From Patescibacteria group bacterium (GTDB taxonomy: Bacteria > Patescibacteriota > Kazan-3B-28), in assembly GCA_041649135.1 (NCBI GenBank), contig JBAZNQ010000002.1, forward strand, positions 143,702 through 207,701: 64,000 nt of DNA, given 5' to 3'. Under the pieces are notes generated by a model that did not search any database, was not told where the DNA came from, and saw only the letters and a list, made by a program, of their open reading frames with translations. Of this stretch, positions 61,030 through 64,000 are shown piece after piece; position 1 is the first letter of the stretch; every line of letters begins with the position of its first letter. Made by a program: the position numbers and the translations under genes.

Positions 61030-61599
61030 TTGACTAACAGCGGCCATTGTGCTACTTTAGCTAGGCATCTGCTATCGGGGGTAACAGAGGCGATAGGAGG
61101 TGAAATGGACAACTTACTGGGGGCAATCTTTGCCCTCGTTTCTTCGTTTGCGACCCCCAATTTTATGGTTACTCAACCGGCACCCGACCCGATAGTTTTA
61201 GAGCTACGAGAGTTTTTGGCAGAAAAAAAGAGCCCAATGCCAGCCGAGGTTTTGGTGAAATATCCCAACTGGCAGATGATCGTGGCGGTTTCCGCTGCTG
61301 AAAGTGGTTATGGTCGTAATATGGCAGGCGACTTCAACGCTTGGGGGCTGAAGGACTTTCGTTCTGGCAGCAAACATTATCGTGGCTATCGAGATTTTGC
61401 TTCATGGGAAGAATCCATCGCTTACACTTCCGAACTGCTCTTCAAATACGACGAAGAAGATGGCTCGCCTGAACCAAAAGCCATGGTTGCGAAATGGAAA
61501 TACCTTCGCCCATTTGGTGGCTGGTTAGGCAATGTCCACTACTCTCTAAATGACATTCAGAAAAATGTGATTGCGGCAGCTAATAGTACTGCAAGTTAA
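61030..61599 (+). CDS. Glucosaminidase (FlgJ/Acm-like, PF01832-type) peptidoglycan hydrolase-domain protein
   Basis: VAVSAAESGYGRNMAGDFNAWGLKDF matches the mannosyl-glycoprotein endo-beta-N-acetylglucosaminidase family core. Moderate confidence. Confidence 0.5.
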   Translation: MTNSGHCATLARHLLSGVTEAIGGEMDNLLGAIFALVSSFATPNFMVTQPAPDPIVLELREFLAEKKSPMPAEVLVKYPNWQMIVAVSAAESGYGRNMAGDFNAWGLKDFRSGSKHYRGYRDFASWEESIAYTSELLFKYDEEDGSPEPKAMVAKWKYLRPFGGWLGNVHYSLNDIQKNVIAAANSTAS

Positions 61600-61627
61600 T
61601 CTTAATTTGTTTATCTGAAACCCCCAC

Positions 61628-61656
61628 CAAGCTTGGTGGGGGTTTTGTTGTATCAA
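61628..61656. terminator. Bidirectional rho-independent terminator between convergent genes
   Basis: AAACCCCCACCAAGCTTGGTGGGGGTTTT. Confidence 0.6.
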
Positions 61657-61679
61657 GCGTGTTAGTAGAGAGAATCGTT

Positions 61680-62840
61680 CTAACGCGTATTGCTATTCAG
61701 GATAACATCTTGGCTCCCAGACCCTGTTCCCCCCGAGCTGGGCAACACGATATCATTTTTTAGTGACCCTACAAACTTGTTGCTGGAAATATTAACCTTA
61801 CTGCCAGGCCACCATAGTGTGATGCCTTGGGCGTTGGTGTTCGTTTTGTCGGCTGTGAAGGTATTATTAAACACATTGATGCCCCCGTTTCCTAGGCTGA
61901 TGACTTCTAGCCCTTCACATTTTTCAAGGGTATTCTTGAAGACAAAACTATTACTGTAAACAGACAAAGCTCCCGCGTCTTTTATTCCAGAGAGACCGAA
62001 GGTGCCTGAATGAGAGACGGATGCTCCAATGGTTCCTCCCCATGCGACGTTGAAGATGTTACCGTAGATCTTTCCTACTGTCCGACCTGCGGCAACGATC
62101 TTCGCACTTGTGCCAGGTCTGTGTAGTGCCGCATAGTCAAAAACATTTTTGGTGATCACTAAAGTCCCGCCACCAGGGGAGGACAGCCCTTGGAAACTAT
62201 CCGCTGCGCTTACGTTCAATCCCACTGTAGAGAAATTCAGATTCTGGATTGACCATGTTTTGCCCGGAGCGATAGAACCATTAATGGAGAGCATCACCTC
62301 GGTGTTTCGAATGGTCGTATTAGCGCTTTTCATCAATACTGTCCGACTAGGCGAACCAGCTATGATTATATTCATGTTATTGGGTATGGTGACAGTGTCG
62401 TTAGTAGTAAAGGTATAGGAACCACCATAAAACAACACTTGTGCTGTGGTCGAGCCTTTTGCCAGCGCTATTGCTTTGCCAAGAGTTCGAACTGCGTTAG
62501 TCGAGCTAGTTCCTGAATTAGTATCTTTCCCAGATGTAGCGACATAGATCGTTTTTGCTGTCGTTGCCGCTTCTACTCCCTTCGTGTCATCCTTTGAAAA
62601 TATTGTCCCGATCGTAGCTAAGATTACGATCACCAAAACCGCGATCAGCGCTGGTCGCACCAGCCCACGCACAGACTCTCTCTGGTGGTGATTGACCCTG
62701 CTGTGTGAAATTTTCCGTTTTTTCATCATAAGAACGAATCGTTGTCTAATATAGTAGCACCCACAGCGTAGCACAAAATTTTCTGGCTGGCACTTCATGG
62801 AGGACAACCGCTCCCGACTGGTTATCAGAATAAAAATCAA
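61680..62840 (-). CDS. Secreted right-handed parallel beta-helix (pectate-lyase-fold / DUF1565-like) protein
   Basis: TM/signal (LIAVLVIVILATIGTIF); beta-helix repeat pattern TIYVATSGKDTNSGTSSTNAVRTLGKAIALA...; Asn/Gly/Thr-rich coils. Confidence 0.6.
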   Translation of the reverse strand: MIFILITSRERLSSMKCQPENFVLRCGCYYIRQRFVLMMKKRKISHSRVNHHQRESVRGLVRPALIAVLVIVILATIGTIFSKDDTKGVEAATTAKTIYVATSGKDTNSGTSSTNAVRTLGKAIALAKGSTTAQVLFYGGSYTFTTNDTVTIPNNMNIIIAGSPSRTVLMKSANTTIRNTEVMLSINGSIAPGKTWSIQNLNFSTVGLNVSAADSFQGLSSPGGGTLVITKNVFDYAALHRPGTSAKIVAAGRTVGKIYGNIFNVAWGGTIGASVSHSGTFGLSGIKDAGALSVYSNSFVFKNTLEKCEGLEVISLGNGGINVFNNTFTADKTNTNAQGITLWWPGSKVNISSNKFVGSLKNDIVLPSSGGTGSGSQDVILNSNTR

Positions 62841-62913
62841 AGATTCATACTGTCAAACGACACTCATCATAAGTTAGAGTAGGCTCTCTCTGGTAATTTG
62901 ATACAATATACTC

Positions 62914-63171
62914 ATGAAACTTCAACGTACTGATCAAGCTCTAAGTGATTTTGCCAGAGCGCTTGACCGTTATTATTCCAGTTGGGGTACGCTGATATCC
63001 CGTTCATTTGTTAGCGGGCTGTTTACTGCGCTGGGTGCTACAGTCGGATTAGCGTTAGTATTAGGATTGGGTGGTTTAATCTTGGAACAACTCGGCGTTC
63101 TGCCAGTGGTTGGAGGATTTTTTGGCCGCATCAATGATGTGTTAAATCACACTCTTTCCATCAATAAATAA
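62914..63171 (+). CDS. Small hypothetical membrane protein
   Basis: ORF with a TM segment (LFTALGATVGLALVLGLGGLIL). Confidence 0.4.
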   Translation: MKLQRTDQALSDFARALDRYYSSWGTLISRSFVSGLFTALGATVGLALVLGLGGLILEQLGVLPVVGGFFGRINDVLNHTLSINK

Positions 63172-63620
63172 TGTTGATCACACCACACTTTTTGACTGGT
63201 GTTGCTATCGCTGGAGGAGTGCCAGAAATTGCCCCCGCCGCCATTGCGGCGGTTGGTTCGCATTTCGTATTGGATGCCATTCCCCATCGAGACACGCTAG
63301 GCGGACATCATTTGAATTTTGCCAACGTAGCGCTATCCATTTTGGACGGCTGGTTGGCCATTGAGCTTTGGTGGTGGTTAACCCCCGAACCCATCCGTTG
63401 GTACGCATTTACTGTCGGTATGTTTGCTTGTTTGCCAGACTTTATTGAACTCCCCGGTGTCTTTTGGCCAAAATGGAACGAATTGCCGCTTCAAAAACAA
63501 TTCCATAATTGGCACACCGCCATCCTACAATATTCCCGCGAGCCGAAAAGCTGGGTAATTGGTCTGCTGCCACAAGTCGTCCTCACTAGTATTCTGATTT
63601 ATCTTCTTTTGTCATCCTGA
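63171..63620 (+). CDS. Hypothetical integral membrane protein; its stop codon lies inside a MITE terminal repeat
   Basis: Several TM helices; the stop TGA at 63618-63620 is part of GTCATCCTGA. Confidence 0.45.
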   Translation: MLITPHFLTGVAIAGGVPEIAPAAIAAVGSHFVLDAIPHRDTLGGHHLNFANVALSILDGWLAIELWWWLTPEPIRWYAFTVGMFACLPDFIELPGVFWPKWNELPLQKQFHNWHTAILQYSREPKSWVIGLLPQVVLTSILIYLLLSS

Positions 63621-63699
63621 ACTCGTTTCAGGATCCCTGTCCGACTGAATGATTTGGTCGTTCGGGTGGGTAGATGCTGAAATAAATTCAGCATGACGG
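63611..63699. repeat. MITE/REP-like palindromic element copy
   Basis: GTCATCCTGAACTCGTTTCAGGATCC...GATGCTGAAATAAATTCAGCATGACgg. Confidence 0.55.
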
Positions 63700-63795
63700 C
63701 AAGAACTCTCAATAAAATCCCCGCATTAAGCGGGGATTTTATTAGGATCCTATAAGAACTGGATAAATCCTATCCCAGTACCAGTTGGTACAGGA

Positions 63796-63939
63796 TTATT
63801 TGCGGGGCATAAAGATCTCGTAAAGACCAAAAATCACGTAGATGATACCGAGTATCACCGCTAACGTGAAACCCCAGTCACGGTTAATGAAGACCAAAAT
63901 CAGGTCTACAATACCGATCAAGAGATAGAGATATGCCAT
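63796..63939 (-). CDS. Small membrane protein (47 aa)
   Basis: Minus-strand ATG at 63937-63939 preceded by GAGGGAGG. Product MAYLYLLIGIVDLILVFINRDWGFTLAVILGIIYVIFGLYEIFMPRK. Not in the ORF track because it is under 60 aa. Confidence 0.35.
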   Translation of the reverse strand: MAYLYLLIGIVDLILVFINRDWGFTLAVILGIIYVIFGLYEIFMPRK

Positions 63940-64000
63940 TTGGGCCTCCCTCTCTTACTTAATATGACTTGTATAGTGTACGAATAAGACCAAATTCATT

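Noticed and set aside
1-64000. Prophage, integrative element or defence island with recognisable RM, CRISPR-Cas, Abi or TA components
   Set aside because: No integrase, transposase, terminase, methyltransferase/restriction motifs or cas signatures were recognised in any of the six frames. Mobile DNA here appears limited to non-autonomous palindromic elements and small cassettes.

Overview
This window reads as a streamlined, low-to-moderate-GC bacterial chromosome segment (standard genetic code). Its gene content (RNase Y, a lamin-tail-domain protein, two four-helix-bundle '23S rRNA IVS' proteins, an LPXTG giant surface protein, very large secreted repeat proteins, reduced metabolism) fits an uncultivated Patescibacteria/CPR-like or Gram-positive-type lineage; that lineage call is inference only.

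Housekeeping genes I can support from sequence:
- rny, an M16 peptidase, ndk, mnmA, an ECF sigma factor, an M50 protease, rpmB, rnhA, smpB, lgt, rmuC, an RCK K+ channel, a dksA/traR-like gene, lspA-rluD, gmk, prmC-prfA, rpmE and obg.
- Seven tRNAs: Pro-CGG, Thr-CGU, Gly-CCC, Pro-GGG, Arg-CCU, Asp-GUC and Ala-CGC.
- A tmRNA (ssrA) whose 5' and 3' ends match the E. coli tmRNA consensus.

The most notable features:
1. A dense family of MITE/REP-like palindromic elements (core GTCATYCC-hairpin-GGRATCCAGA, at least 17 copies). Three copies are inserted in-frame inside mnmA, in the manner of Rickettsia palindromic elements. Other copies supply start or stop codons to neighbouring genes.
2. A roughly 600-bp array of CGCAAC..GTTGCG palindromes upstream of a MerR-like regulator and two small proteins, one Cys-rich.
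3. A cassette flanked by ~92-bp direct repeats. It encodes a MerR-HTH fused to an RsbW-like GHKL kinase plus a STAS-like (DUF4325) partner, and is preceded by four TGTATAGATT direct repeats. I read it as a candidate partner-switch-controlled transcription module.
4. A small islet between ssrA and smpB carrying a GIY-YIG nuclease gene.
5. A cohesin-dockerin surface-assembly locus.
6. A shared upstream motif (ACTATTCAC..TTCACTTTCC) that links the ECF sigma gene to several target genes.
7. A GC-rich, 5'-truncated purB remnant next to tRNA-Ala.

I did not recognise any CRISPR array, rRNA, integrase or transposase.
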